Shown here: piece by piece, positions 47,578 through 58,432 of the stretch | How the letters are laid out: the number at the start of each line of letters is the position of its first letter | Numbering within the stretch: the first letter of the stretch is position 1 | Assembly (NCBI GenBank): GCA_041739995.1 | Contig: JBGSMV010000080.1 | Span: 42,845 to 106,844 of the forward strand | Direction of reading: 5' to 3' | Source: Bdellovibrionota bacterium | Lineage (GTDB): Bacteria; Bdellovibrionota_C; UBA2361; JBGSMV01 | DNA: 64,000 nt | Position numbers and translations under genes: made by a program | The notes under the pieces: generated by a model | Seen by the model: the letters and a program-made list of their open reading frames with translations, nothing else | The model's database searches: none | What the model was told of the DNA's origin: nothing

Positions 47578-49356
47578 GTGTTCGAGCTCGTATCGACATC
47601 GCCAGCAAGGAGAAGTATCGCGGAGCGTTCGCGCGATATGTCTGGCGCATTCTCAGGCGCAAAGCATCCGTTACTTGGCGCTGAGAGATGGTGCGCCCTG
47701 CCCGGTCATCTCGCACTCCTTTCTGAACATTCAAATGATTCTGCGCCAGTAATTTTTAAGCAAAGTTCTCCCAACAAATCTTCGGCTACCGAACAGCCGT
47801 CTGCTGCAATTAACCCCGACCAACTAAGTCAGCTGGGTCTCAAGGCGGAACGCCTACTCACTTTTCATCATGCAGAACATGGAAGCGTTTTAGTAGACCT
47901 CGACAGCTCTCGGGTCTTTTCACTTGAAGATTCCGGCATCTTGCGCTGCCGATTTCAGCCTGGCGCTAAGGTTCCCTTCGTACTTCCTGAGATTAGAAAT
48001 CTCAGGGTAACCGAGCTTCCTCACGCTTCGAATGGAAGTGATGACGCTAAGCATCAGTTCTCTACGATAGGCACTACAGCGGCAGTCGCAGCCACCGTCG
48101 TTCTACTGGCTGGCGCATTTTACGGCCTCTCCCTTCTAAACCGTCCGTCAACGGCACCACAGTCCGACGCACCACAGTCCGGCGCACCACAGTCCGACAC
48201 ACCACAGTCCGGCGAGGGAGAGACCTCTCGCCCAGAACCCGACGCTTCCGGTCCCGATGTTGCACCACCAGCCATTACTGACCCAGTTGCTGTCTCGCCT
48301 GCAGAGACCGAGACTCCTCTCGTATCACCGAACAGCGGAGAGGCAACTGTTTCTGAGCCCAGCGCACCTCCAGTCTTGACGCCACAAGAAACCACACCCG
48401 TCCTGACTCTGCCTGAGCCGGTTTTGGTTCCTCAGCAACCGCCCGCACCTGCAGCAACTACAGAAGTAGCGCCAACAGAATCGCCAGCAATTAAGCCTGA
48501 AGTAGTGCCTGCGCCGCCAACGGTTCCCGAGTCTGTGCCGCCGAGCGCCCCCTGGAGCACTGAACTGGTTACGCCACCTACCACCGAAACAAGCGGCATT
48601 GAGGGGCGGGATGCGAGTTGTCCAGAGGTACCGCAGCAGACAACTGCGCCAGCACCACTTCCGGGACCCCTTACGGAACCGCCTACGGTACTTTGTCCGA
48701 CTCCACCCCCGCCATTTTCTCCCACACGTCAGTCAGATGTTTCTCCTGGAAGGCCTCATGAAAGTGGTCCTGCATTCTCAGGACTTGGTGTTCCGCTTGA
48801 CGACGATCTGCAAGCGTTGCTTGTACCTCAGATTTCATCCGAGGTTCGCCCCCAATCAGGACCAAACTTAGTGATGCCAGACGGCTTCCCGTCTTTCTTC
48901 TTTCGTTCGCATCTTGGATTTCCTCTGCACACCATACCAAACGCCCTACCCAACAACCTCCCCAACATCGGCCCCAACCACGGCCCAGCCGGCATTCCTG
49001 CCGGGATCTCAGTGCCACTACCTCCGTGGGTTGACGAGCTCTTCCCTTCGCAGCCTGGTCCGATTTCAGAGAATGGCGCCGCACCAGAAAATCGACTTTT
49101 CCAAAGTTGGGTCAGCAAGCAAGAACTAAGCGCCACGAACTTAGGCGTTCAGCTTCCTGACTGGGCTAATTCGCTTTTGGGTGAGCGGTCAGAAAACCTG
49201 CGTGGACCGGCTTTGGCCGCTGGCCCCAAAACCGCTAAGGTTAGACCTCCGAAACACGAAGCGTCTGAGCCAACGTCCTCTCACCCAGAGCAATATGACG
49301 CAGAAAGAACTCTGCATTCGCCTGTTTCCAGTGCTGAGTTAGTAGGAAGCAAGTAG
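47578..49356 (+). CDS. Hypothetical single-pass membrane protein with long Pro/Thr-rich region (start uncertain)
   Basis: TM segment AAVAATVVLLAGAFYGLSLL followed by Pro-rich tail. Confidence 0.65.
   Translation: MFELVSTSPARRSIAERSRDMSGAFSGAKHPLLGAERWCALPGHLALLSEHSNDSAPVIFKQSSPNKSSATEQPSAAINPDQLSQLGLKAERLLTFHHAEHGSVLVDLDSSRVFSLEDSGILRCRFQPGAKVPFVLPEIRNLRVTELPHASNGSDDAKHQFSTIGTTAAVAATVVLLAGAFYGLSLLNRPSTAPQSDAPQSGAPQSDTPQSGEGETSRPEPDASGPDVAPPAITDPVAVSPAETETPLVSPNSGEATVSEPSAPPVLTPQETTPVLTLPEPVLVPQQPPAPAATTEVAPTESPAIKPEVVPAPPTVPESVPPSAPWSTELVTPPTTETSGIEGRDASCPEVPQQTTAPAPLPGPLTEPPTVLCPTPPPPFSPTRQSDVSPGRPHESGPAFSGLGVPLDDDLQALLVPQISSEVRPQSGPNLVMPDGFPSFFFRSHLGFPLHTIPNALPNNLPNIGPNHGPAGIPAGISVPLPPWVDELFPSQPGPISENGAAPENRLFQSWVSKQELSATNLGVQLPDWANSLLGERSENLRGPALAAGPKTAKVRPPKHEASEPTSSHPEQYDAERTLHSPVSSAELVGSK
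48154..48213 (+). repeat. 15-bp coding tandem repeat x4 (APQSD/APQSG/APQSD/TPQSG)
   Basis: (G/A)CACCACAGTCCG(A/G)C units. Confidence 0.85.
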
Positions 49357-49603
49357 CCTTTCGTTATCGCTTCGGTCGAAGACTGCGTGCCTGCACTTGG
49401 CGACGGCTGATTAGCAGAACCGGCACCACCGAAAGCCTACCAAGAAAAACCCGCTACAAGCGCATTTGTACGCACTCGTTAATCTTGCACGTGTTTCTGG
49501 ATAATTATCTAAAAAGGGGAAATGAAAGGAGAAATGGCGCAGAAGAGCAGCATGAATTTTCCTCTTCTTGGGAGAACGCCATTATTCACTAGTACTCGAA
49601 GAA

Positions 49604-49650
49604 ATGAGCGGGCACCCGATCGCCAAAGTGGTCGATCGGGTGCCGCTCAT
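49604..49650 (-). terminator. Long hairpin downstream of 49785..50282 (likely terminator)
   Basis: ATGAGCGGGCACCCGATCG...CGATCGGGTGCCGCTCAT inverted repeat, followed by TTCTTC on the minus strand. Confidence 0.6.
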
Positions 49651-49784
49651 CGAAACACCTCGCTGAGTAGGGAACCCAGCGAGGCGGACCTGACCGTGAG
49701 AGAACTCAGTTTTTCGCAAGCTAATACCCGAACGGGCTTGAGCTCACTATAACCAAATTCCTGGGGAGGGTGTCAGGCCTCTGA

Positions 49785-50282
49785 TCAGGTGGGGTCCGGA
49801 AGTTCCGAGTCCTTGCGGTGGTTGATGTCGATGTTCCCATCGAGCGTCCCGCGCCAGTCCTCGTCCCAGCGACCCTTGACATCGAGGTCATGGGCCGTCT
49901 TCGGGGTGGTAAGCCCGAAGTAGTACGAGCCTGCCCCGGCCGCCATCCAGGTGTACCCGACATTCGCCAGGTCGCGGAAAAACTGGCCGCGGGTGACCGC
50001 GTCCATGTTGTCCACGATGTACTGCGGGACTCTGTAGAAGTCCGCACTCTGCATGATGTAGACGATTTTCCCGTCAGGGAGACACGTCCGCACCATACTC
50101 CACCTCGCACCCGTCTCACGGGTGATGAGGAAGTCGAGCCCGATGCCGGTTTCGTTGCCGGTCATCTCGGCGGCAGTCAGCGGACCGCCGTCCCTGCCTA
50201 CCGGTTGCGTGATTCCGCAACCGCCTGCGATCAGGGTCAGAGCCCCGATGCCAATGAGTCGAACGAGAGTTGTTGTGGCCAC
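49785..50282 (-). CDS. Hypothetical lipoprotein
   Basis: AAAGGAG RBS before GTG 50282, hydrophobic signal ending IAGGC; strongly C/G-ending codons. Confidence 0.7.
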   Translation of the reverse strand: MATTTLVRLIGIGALTLIAGGCGITQPVGRDGGPLTAAEMTGNETGIGLDFLITRETGARWSMVRTCLPDGKIVYIMQSADFYRVPQYIVDNMDAVTRGQFFRDLANVGYTWMAAGAGSYYFGLTTPKTAHDLDVKGRWDEDWRGTLDGNIDINHRKDSELPDPT

Positions 50283-50840
50283 AACAAACTCCTTTCTGCG
50301 CCCGAGGCGCAAGAGTCTTCATGCCCAGAGTGAAGACCATACTAGTAAAGCGCACGCGCGCTGGGCTTTCTTCTTCCAAGCTACTGTCAAAGGGCACAGA
50401 TCGCTTGGAAGGAGAAAGCCCAGCTCAACGCACAAAAAAACCTCATCGTTTTGCCCCGGTATCCAGACCTTCGCGTGAACGCTCGTCTGGAGATCAGGGA
50501 AACGAGAGAAAGAACCTTAATATGCTGCTCTTCTGCAAATGATTTGGTTGTCTGAAAGATCGACTAAGACGACGAAATTAGGTTTCATACCATTGTTAGT
50601 CAAACTTTGTTTCAAAAACTCTTGCTTACATTCTGCCCAAGGTATAGACCGAACTGCCCACCTGAACGTTTTTGCCCCCTGGCTTCTAAGTTCTTTAAAT
50701 ACAGGTGCTTGAGTGTCTATACCGACCCTCAAATCAGAGTAGAGGAGGAGAGTAGCGGCGTGTCGGTCAACCTGAATGAGTAAGGTTGATTCTTCTGACA
50801 CGACGTCTGACAGGGGGTCTTTGACCCCAAGGAGGATACC

Positions 50841-51359
50841 GTGAAACGGTTTCCCATTCTGAAGGCTGGAGGATTCATTCCTCTGGTAGTTCTGGCCATG
50901 GCACTCGCAAGCGCCGGTGGCTGTGCAAGCTCGAAGCACTGCAGCAACAACGAGGACTGGCATGCTCGAAACCAGGCCGACCGCGAAGCTGGCTGGGCTT
51001 TGGCACGGCAGGCGCCGTGCAAGGGTGACTGCGGGGGCTGCAATCAGCATCCTCAGCCGCAGCCACAGCCGCCGGTGGTGATCACCAAGCCGTGCGCCGA
51101 GACTGGCTCGGTTCTCGTCGAGGGTGGTGAGTGGACCAAGATCGTCGGTGCCGATATCACCGGCACGATCATGGTCCAGGACTGGACACAGAACTGCGAC
51201 GGCTCGAACCGTTGTCCGGGTGAGCTGAGGTCGTTCCCCGTCAACGGGACGGTCTCAATGCCGGTCACCACTCGAGTCGGTCCGTTCGCGGTTCCGGTCT
51301 CGCTCACCGCGCGGCCTGGCGAGAAGTGTCCGGACTGCGGCACTGTGCACAAGCCGTGA
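50841..51359 (+). CDS. Hypothetical Cys-rich lipoprotein
   Basis: AGGAGG RBS, signal ending SAGGC, 10 Cys including CxxxCxxC and C-terminal CPDC. Confidence 0.75.
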   Translation: MKRFPILKAGGFIPLVVLAMALASAGGCASSKHCSNNEDWHARNQADREAGWALARQAPCKGDCGGCNQHPQPQPQPPVVITKPCAETGSVLVEGGEWTKIVGADITGTIMVQDWTQNCDGSNRCPGELRSFPVNGTVSMPVTTRVGPFAVPVSLTARPGEKCPDCGTVHKP

Positions 51360-51706
51360 CGGAAACGGTCAGCGCACTCCGTTAGACTTCGGTCTTTCGG
51401 AACTGTTCAGGACCCCACCGTCACGACCCTGGCCAGGATCGTGATGTAACTCTGGCTGCCGGTTTTTCTCTGGGTTTTTAGACTCAGGGGCCGGCACGCC
51501 GCTGCTCTTCTCCTCTCGCTTTCCTCTACACTTTCGCCGATACGAAAACATCGCAGTTCCTGCGACCGAGCTAACTCACGCAAGCGATTCGCTATTTCAT
51601 CAAGAATCCTCAGTCGTTTTCCTATCTCCCTTCCGTCTTTCTCACGGCATGCCGGTTGCATTAGAAATGTGGAGTGTAGCGGAAAATCGCTCTTTCTAAA
51701 TTTTTT

Positions 51707-52516
51707 ATGTGGCCATTCGTATCAAATACTGCTCGCTTTTTTCGGGCACTTGAGAATTCAAATCTCGAGCTATTACAGCGGGCACTTTCGCGTGGTGCTT
51801 CTGCCAATGCACGAAAGCATGGCAAGTCCGCGCTTGCCTATGCGCTGGAACACCGCAGCAATACTGAACTGGTGAAAACATTGCTTGATGCAAAAGCTGA
51901 TCCCAATGTCCCACTTCAAGAGGGCCAGACACCGCGCGCATTGCACTATGTATGCAGAAACTTCCCGGAGCGAGATCTACTTGATGCTTTGTTGATTGCG
52001 GGCGCAAACCCAAACGTCGCAATTACAAGTAGCGATCAAGAACTAAATGGCATGACTCCTCTACTGCTTGCCGCCACAAGTTCACTCCCCAACATCGCCG
52101 AAAGACTGCGCGTACTTTTAGAAGGCGGAGCAGATGCGCAAGCACGCGACGCTCACGGAAGGACCGCCTTGATGCACCTTGCCTCAGCGCAAAGAGAACC
52201 ACGCACTCAAGAGTTGCGCGGTAGATTGAACGAGATTAATGGCGAGCGAGCATCACCAGGCGTTCACTCGTTAGGAAAACGACCTGTCTCAGACGAGACT
52301 GAAGCGCTCGACGCTCTGCGTCTGTTGCTTGCTGCACGCACTGACATCAGTGCAACAGATAGCCTCGGGCTCTCCGCTCTTGATCATGCGCTGCTGTCTA
52401 AGAACGACGAGTTCGCGATCGCTCTACGCCTGGCTGGAGCACCGCTTTGCCACGACATTGGTCAAGTCGCCCTACCTCTGGATTACGCTCGCACCGCACT
52501 AAAGAGAGCGATTTAG
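51707..52516 (+). CDS. Ankyrin-repeat protein
   Basis: GKSALAYA, GMTPLLLAA, GRTALMHLA, GLSALDHA repeats. Confidence 0.9.
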   Translation: MWPFVSNTARFFRALENSNLELLQRALSRGASANARKHGKSALAYALEHRSNTELVKTLLDAKADPNVPLQEGQTPRALHYVCRNFPERDLLDALLIAGANPNVAITSSDQELNGMTPLLLAATSSLPNIAERLRVLLEGGADAQARDAHGRTALMHLASAQREPRTQELRGRLNEINGERASPGVHSLGKRPVSDETEALDALRLLLAARTDISATDSLGLSALDHALLSKNDEFAIALRLAGAPLCHDIGQVALPLDYARTALKRAI

Positions 52517-52680
52517 TCCTCTCGAACCAACATTTCTCACTCTCTGACCATTTGATTTTTCGATCGAAAACCTAACTCCCCTATACCCTTACAGATTTGC
52601 TCGGCGCCGCACTTGACTAGGATCTCAAGGAGCGTTAACTCAATGATTCTATTTTAAAATTGAGTTTGATTGGCGCTGTT

Positions 52681-54408
52681 ATGAAAACCAACTGTCCGGT
52701 ACTCCTCACCCCATGCCCATCGCGCGGCTTTTTTCGTTCGCAATTGAAGGCCGTCCGTTTCCGGATGGCACTTTTCGCTTTGTTGTTTATCGGCTCGGTC
52801 GCAATCAGCTGGACGTCTATTGCTCACGCCACTCCGCAGTGTGGATTTTCAGCTCCACGTGATGTGGTTTTCATGATGGATCTGTCGGGGAGCCAAACCG
52901 CTGACTCCATTCAAGCTCAAAAGGCAGGCATACGCGCTTTTCTTGATCAGTTTCAAACTGCTCCTGTTAAGCCTCACGTCGCTATTGGAACTTTCAATAG
53001 CCACTGCAACTGTACGAATCAACCAGGTTCCTATGACACTTGTTCAAGCGGCGAAATTGAATGCTACGATCCTCCTGTTAACGCGGCACGAATTATAGTG
53101 CCGCTGTCGACCAACTACACGGCTGCTTACGCCCAGCTCGCAACGGGTTCTGGGATTCTCGGACAAGGTACAGGCGGAAACGGTCGTGGCGGTTCAGATT
53201 TGAAGCGTGCACTCGAAGTGGGAAACGCCCATCTCAGCTCAAATGGTAGCCCAAGCCGAGCTAACTACTTTGTAATGCTTTCAGACGGAAAACCTAACTT
53301 CCCAGGCTATTATTTGCACCCGCTTTACGGATGCAGCAACTGCAACTGCCCACCCGCAGCTTCTGCCGCTTCAACCGCTGCACAAACAGTGCGCAACTCC
53401 GGTACCGCGATTTTTACCAACTTTGTCGCCACTCCATGCGACGAACAACAGTGTGGTCCATGCAGCAATGGCCAGACCTACCTGAGTTCCCAGATCTCTA
53501 GTGGCTCAGGATATGCGTTGGTTGGGGCGAGCAATCTCTATCTGATTGCACAAGTAATTTCTGATGTGATCGGATGCAATGACGACTTGTCTTGCACGGT
53601 TGATTCCTGCAACACATCGTCCGGCTACTGCTCGTTTGTAGAAACGCCTCCCGGTGCATGTACTCCTCCAACGGCAACACCGACTCGAACGCCTACTCGC
53701 ACGCCGACAAGAACTCCCACGGTCACTCCTACAAGAACTCCTACTAGAACTCCGACTAGGACGGCGACCCATACCGCAACGCACACTCCGATTCACACCC
53801 CCACTCACACCGCTACTCCAACGGTGACACCGACGGGGACGTTCATTCCTCCGCCAACGGCTACTCCAACCGCTGTGGCGACGATCGAAGGCGGCCAGTG
53901 CTCCACTGTAGACGTGCAGGGCTATATACAAGCGCTCACCTACACTACTGGTCAGCAACGTGGGCAAGTGAAGCGTATCGATCGACGTATTAAGCTTATT
54001 CGGGAAAAGTGTTCGAGCATTGAGGCTGCCAATAACTTCGTCGCTCGCACCAATCGTACTGCGAGAAAGCTTGCGTCGGCGAACCTCTCAGAAGTGGCGC
54101 TGCTGCCGCTCTTCACACTTTCTTGTGTTGGCGTTGAGGGCTGCACAAGCTCTATTATTCCATTCAACTCCACCTTGTATTCGAAGAACTCTTCAACATT
54201 CATCCGACTGGTGAAGCAAGCACTGAATTTCGAGAAGGCCTGTAATAGTGGGCCTGGCACCTGTAATGGTTCAGCTAGTGAATGTCTCGAGCGCTCAAAG
54301 CAGAGAGAACGCAACCGTCGCGCAGAAATCAGACAGGCCAAGCGACTCAAGGTCAACAACAGCGTAACCGTATCTTCTCTGCCGACGACTACTGCTACCT
54401 GTCGATAG
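52681..54408 (+). CDS. Secreted vWA-domain protein with Pro/Thr linker and Cys-containing C-terminal domain
   Basis: [33 protein letters not shown]; long PT tract. Confidence 0.85.
   Translation: MKTNCPVLLTPCPSRGFFRSQLKAVRFRMALFALLFIGSVAISWTSIAHATPQCGFSAPRDVVFMMDLSGSQTADSIQAQKAGIRAFLDQFQTAPVKPHVAIGTFNSHCNCTNQPGSYDTCSSGEIECYDPPVNAARIIVPLSTNYTAAYAQLATGSGILGQGTGGNGRGGSDLKRALEVGNAHLSSNGSPSRANYFVMLSDGKPNFPGYYLHPLYGCSNCNCPPAASAASTAAQTVRNSGTAIFTNFVATPCDEQQCGPCSNGQTYLSSQISSGSGYALVGASNLYLIAQVISDVIGCNDDLSCTVDSCNTSSGYCSFVETPPGACTPPTATPTRTPTRTPTRTPTVTPTRTPTRTPTRTATHTATHTPIHTPTHTATPTVTPTGTFIPPPTATPTAVATIEGGQCSTVDVQGYIQALTYTTGQQRGQVKRIDRRIKLIREKCSSIEAANNFVARTNRTARKLASANLSEVALLPLFTLSCVGVEGCTSSIIPFNSTLYSKNSSTFIRLVKQALNFEKACNSGPGTCNGSASECLERSKQRERNRRAEIRQAKRLKVNNSVTVSSLPTTTATCR
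53661..53872 (+). repeat. 12-bp-period coding repeat (TPTR/TPTA/TATH linker)
   Basis: [58 protein letters not shown]. Confidence 0.85.
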
Positions 54409-54818
54409 AGATCTCGCGCTCCAAGACATAAGGCCGCGGAGAGGACAGATACTTTTCCTCTCCGCGACTTCCATGCCCCCCGTGTTACAAAAGGATCTCC
54501 AACGGTGACCAAGCACCGCCCACGATACACATCCATTTGTACGGCTGAACGCTTGCGACGCCTAAACAAGAAATGCCGGTCAAGAAAATCCGTTTCTCCC
54601 CTTCGCTCTCTCTGCGGTCTCCTCGCAAACAAAAATTAACCAGAAGGCCTGAAGGACCTAAGAACTCAATTGATGGTTGCGCAAAGCCTTAGTGGATGAG
54701 CCTGCATTCTGGTTAGGATTTTTATCGCGCGGAGATAGGGAAAGAGCGGAGTGTAGGCCAAAACTGTAGCAGGACTCACGTGTATATAGACGGATCGCTC
54801 GAGTTGCCCAGTCTGGGC

Positions 54819-56765
54819 CTAGAATCCTCGGTATTCGTATCCTACCCGTATAAAATAGCTGCCAAGTTTGCGCCCGTTAATCTGCGGAACAAATTCTTCG
54901 ATCGGTCCAAGTGACTCGAAAAATTCCTCAGTGGCCTGATCGTCTACGTCCGATTTCGTGCGACTGACCATTACCACCGGGTGACCTTGTGTGTGGTCGA
55001 CATGAGACCAAAATTGATACATCAAGCTGTACGCGCCTCCAAGCAAGTAGCGCCCTTGGGTCGGCAATGGTACCGCCGCACCAGTGTCGGCTGCCTGCTT
55101 CGCGCGATAAAATCCTACGAGCGATCCGACATAATGCGAGTCAGCTCCCATCACCACCGGCACAATGCCGGTGAGCTGAAACGTCTCCTGCTCGACTCGC
55201 CGCACTTCCGCCGCAAGCGCCTCTCGGCCTAAAAACTTCTTAAAGGATGACGGGTAGTGCAGGGTGCTCCACCCCACTCCAAGTATAAATAGAAACAAAT
55301 GCAGGCCACCGACTATCAAAATCACGGTCGCTAACCAACCACGTTGCACCCACGCAAGTGAGCGATCTGCTGACCTCACTCCACTAGATTTTCTCTGGAA
55401 GGCCAGCGCCAGGACCGGCACACACACAAGTAGTGCTGGCCCAAGCCAATTTACCTTGAGCTCTTGAGTGAAACTTGCGTACAGAAACATCAGTAACGGA
55501 GCTCCCGCGAGCGCGAGAACAAAGAGTCGCACTCGTCGATTAAGATTGAAATTCTCAGCGAGGGCAAAGCGTGAGCGAAACTTGGCGGGCAGTGCAAACA
55601 CAAACATCCAATACGCACCAATTGGAGTAAGAAGCAGAAGAAAGAAGGCGAGAAACATATGCACACTAAATTCTGAAGCTGCTTCAAAACGCCTGGCACC
55701 TTGAAAGGTGAATGACGCCCACTCATGTTGTTGATTCCAGAACAACACGGGAGAAAATATCAGAAACGCCAAAATTGCGGCACTATAGGGCTGTGGGCTC
55801 CAGAACCACTTACGAGAATCACGATCGAGCAACAAAAACGCGAAGATCCCGGGTCCTAGCAACACCATCGGATACTTCGCGAGCATCCCAAAACCAATAG
55901 AAAGGCCAACTAAGTACCAAGCCCAAGATTGCTGCCGAAGCACGGCCCTATGCAGAAAAAATAGGGCCGCGGACCAGCACACCACCAGTGGTGTGTCTGG
56001 CGTCATGTAAAATCCAACGCCGGTAAAAAACGGCAAGATGGCGAGCAGTACCAGAGTTCCACGCGCCACACCTCTTCCAAACCACTCAGTCGCCAGTAGC
56101 ACCACAAACAACGCCATCACACACCAGCAAACCAAGGCGAGTACCCGCACCCCAAGTTCATTCACTCCAAAGAGCGCTTGTCCGATTGTTATTAGCAGCG
56201 CGACGGCGGGCGGGTGATCAAGGTAGCCATAGCTAAGGTTCTCGGCGTACTTCCAATAGTAGGCCTCTTGGGATAACAGCTCGAGCTGTCCTGAATAAAG
56301 CAGCCTTGTCGCGCAAAGTGCGAAAACCAAAAAAGCGGCGCTTTGTTCAAGAATCTCCCGGGCCCCCGGAAAGGCAACCTTTGGAAAAGCGCTTACTCCA
56401 CACGCAAGAACCGCTGCCGTGGTCGCCACGCTTGCCGCCACGACGCTCCACTGTGGGTAATCACCTAGATAGAGCTGTCCGACCACCCCACGCAAACTAA
56501 GGGCCATGCAAGCAATCAACGCTAGCCACCACCACGGCGGGCTACCGTTTAAAAGCGCACGCCCGCGGTCACTGAGTCGAAATACGAAGTGTCGAAGTAC
56601 AAGGTAGGAAACAAGCAGAGTCCCCGCACCAACCAACTGAGCGTCTCGCCATTCGAAACCACGAGAGAGCAGCACGAACTGAATACTCGCGTCAAAAGCC
56701 AGCACACACAGCGCGAAGAATGCATGAAGGGAGAATGGCCGAACGCGACTAGTGTTCCGATTCAT
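54819..56765 (-). CDS. ArnT/PMT-like (GT83/GT39) glycosyltransferase with N-terminal GtrA-like domain
   Basis: QEAYYW, YLDHPP, TPDTPL, LAKY, PVLFWN; N-terminal hydrophobic segment ending RHFVF. Confidence 0.85.
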   Translation of the reverse strand: MNRNTSRVRPFSLHAFFALCVLAFDASIQFVLLSRGFEWRDAQLVGAGTLLVSYLVLRHFVFRLSDRGRALLNGSPPWWWLALIACMALSLRGVVGQLYLGDYPQWSVVAASVATTAAVLACGVSAFPKVAFPGAREILEQSAAFLVFALCATRLLYSGQLELLSQEAYYWKYAENLSYGYLDHPPAVALLITIGQALFGVNELGVRVLALVCWCVMALFVVLLATEWFGRGVARGTLVLLAILPFFTGVGFYMTPDTPLVVCWSAALFFLHRAVLRQQSWAWYLVGLSIGFGMLAKYPMVLLGPGIFAFLLLDRDSRKWFWSPQPYSAAILAFLIFSPVLFWNQQHEWASFTFQGARRFEAASEFSVHMFLAFFLLLLTPIGAYWMFVFALPAKFRSRFALAENFNLNRRVRLFVLALAGAPLLMFLYASFTQELKVNWLGPALLVCVPVLALAFQRKSSGVRSADRSLAWVQRGWLATVILIVGGLHLFLFILGVGWSTLHYPSSFKKFLGREALAAEVRRVEQETFQLTGIVPVVMGADSHYVGSLVGFYRAKQAADTGAAVPLPTQGRYLLGGAYSLMYQFWSHVDHTQGHPVVMVSRTKSDVDDQATEEFFESLGPIEEFVPQINGRKLGSYFIRVGYEYRGF

Positions 56766-57019
56766 AAATACCTAGGCAATGAGGAGCGGGATGCGACGGA
56801 ACTCTAGCCGTGCTGGTCAGTTCAGACCCTCCATGGCCTGAACTGACGGGCTCCAAGCTCAGCTTGGGGCCCTGCAACCCCTCGCTTCGCGTCGCTCCAG
56901 TTGCTACGCAGCTGTCCGCCCATCCTGTCCGCCCATCCTTGGGGGCGGGCTAGTGTAGCGATGCTATCACACTGTAAGGAGGCGTTAGAATCACTACACT
57001 GCGGGGACCATGCCAAGCT

Positions 57020-58282
57020 CTATACCGCTTGCGCGAGCCGATGACGAGAGTCGACTGATTGATCTCTAAGGAAATCCTGAGCGGCAGAAATCACCTGCGC
57101 CACATCAATCGCCTGTAGGCACTTATTGTCCTTGCACAAGGTGTGACGGTGGTTGTGCGCGGAGAGGCAAGGGCTACATGAATAGTTCGCCCAAATATTA
57201 AGCTTTCCTTCTCCTAAAGCGCCGTACAACGCCGGAGTTTCGGGGCCAAAGAGCGCAATCGATTTAATATCAGTCAGGCCCGCGAAATGCGCCGGACCAC
57301 TGTCATTGGTAATAAGAAGCGCCGACTGCGAGAACAAGGTCACCACTTCCCTCAAGGTTCTGGTCCGTCCGGTAAGATCCACTAATCTGCCGGGCGGAAC
57401 CACCTCAGCAATCGCTTGGGCGTAAGGTGTAGAGCGTTTAAGCCCAATGACTACACAGTAGAGTTCGGGATTAAAGCTAAGCAATTGCTTCACCGTGGCA
57501 GAAAAGCGATCAAGCGGCCATCCTCGAATCGGCAAGGCATCACCAGGGTCCGGGTTTACCACCAGCAATCGCGCACCGGCTGGCACTTTTGGGTTAGCCT
57601 TCGCAATCAAGCTCCATATCTGCTGAACCTCTTGAGCACTAGCAGAATGTTTTGGAAGCGGAAGGCAGAATGGGCGAACATCCATCTTTAGCTCAGGAAC
57701 ATCGGCCGCATCAGATCCAAGGGCAAAAACAAGCGCAAGAAAATTTAGCTCCATGTGCTGGTGCGGGTTGTAGAAGACGCGATGCGTCAGAAAATTTCCA
57801 CGAAAAAGCCCCTCAGCGGTGTAGTTATGAAATCCTACTCGCTGCGAAGCTCCCGAGAGATAAGAGATAATCGCGGTGAACCTTGAAAAGAGTTCTAAAT
57901 CAACGACCGTATCGATACGAAGGGACCGAACACGCCAAAGTGCTCCGAGAGTACTCCCGATAAACTTTAAGAAGGAGGACTCATCAATCAACACCAGATT
58001 TTTCTCGGGAATGATGCCGAGCAAAGACACGCTCTCTCTGTTCTTAGAAAAGACCATGAAAAACAGCTCGGCTTGGGGAAAGCGCTTGGTCGCTTGAGCA
58101 AGCGCTGAGTGTGCGATGATGGCACTGCCCATTTCACTGAGCTCAAGGAACAATATCTTCCTGGGCGCCTCCGGGTTCGTCCGAGGCAGAATGAACCCAA
58201 GCACCCAGCTACACACACTCAAGAGCGCACACAGAGGCACGCCAATCCAATAGTCTACTATCTGTGTGGTACGAACTTTCAT
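57020..58282 (-). CDS. Glycosyltransferase family 9 (heptosyltransferase-like)
   Basis: LSEMGS, RGWP, DLTGRT, ITNDSGPAHFA, LFGPETP, CSPC. Confidence 0.9.
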   Translation of the reverse strand: MKVRTTQIVDYWIGVPLCALLSVCSWVLGFILPRTNPEAPRKILFLELSEMGSAIIAHSALAQATKRFPQAELFFMVFSKNRESVSLLGIIPEKNLVLIDESSFLKFIGSTLGALWRVRSLRIDTVVDLELFSRFTAIISYLSGASQRVGFHNYTAEGLFRGNFLTHRVFYNPHQHMELNFLALVFALGSDAADVPELKMDVRPFCLPLPKHSASAQEVQQIWSLIAKANPKVPAGARLLVVNPDPGDALPIRGWPLDRFSATVKQLLSFNPELYCVVIGLKRSTPYAQAIAEVVPPGRLVDLTGRTRTLREVVTLFSQSALLITNDSGPAHFAGLTDIKSIALFGPETPALYGALGEGKLNIWANYSCSPCLSAHNHRHTLCKDNKCLQAIDVAQVISAAQDFLRDQSVDSRHRLAQAV

Positions 58283-58432
58283 GCCGGGGTCCTTTCTCGA
58301 ACGGCGATGATACCCTATCGGAGGTTCTTAGACACCTCTTTGGTCAGGCGAAAAAGAGCCTAGCCACTTGAAATCTAATGAGATTTATCCTAATCACGAA
58401 GCCTCCTAAATGTCTCGTATGGAATTACCCTG

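Noticed and set aside
49818..50333. 171-aa plus-strand ORF
   Set aside because: Antisense shadow of the codon-biased lipoprotein gene, which has the RBS and signal peptide
50517..51050. 177-aa minus-strand ORF
   Set aside because: Overlaps the better-supported lipoprotein antisense and runs through its promoter region
53952..54632. 226-aa minus-strand ORF
   Set aside because: Mostly antisense to the vWA gene; no motif
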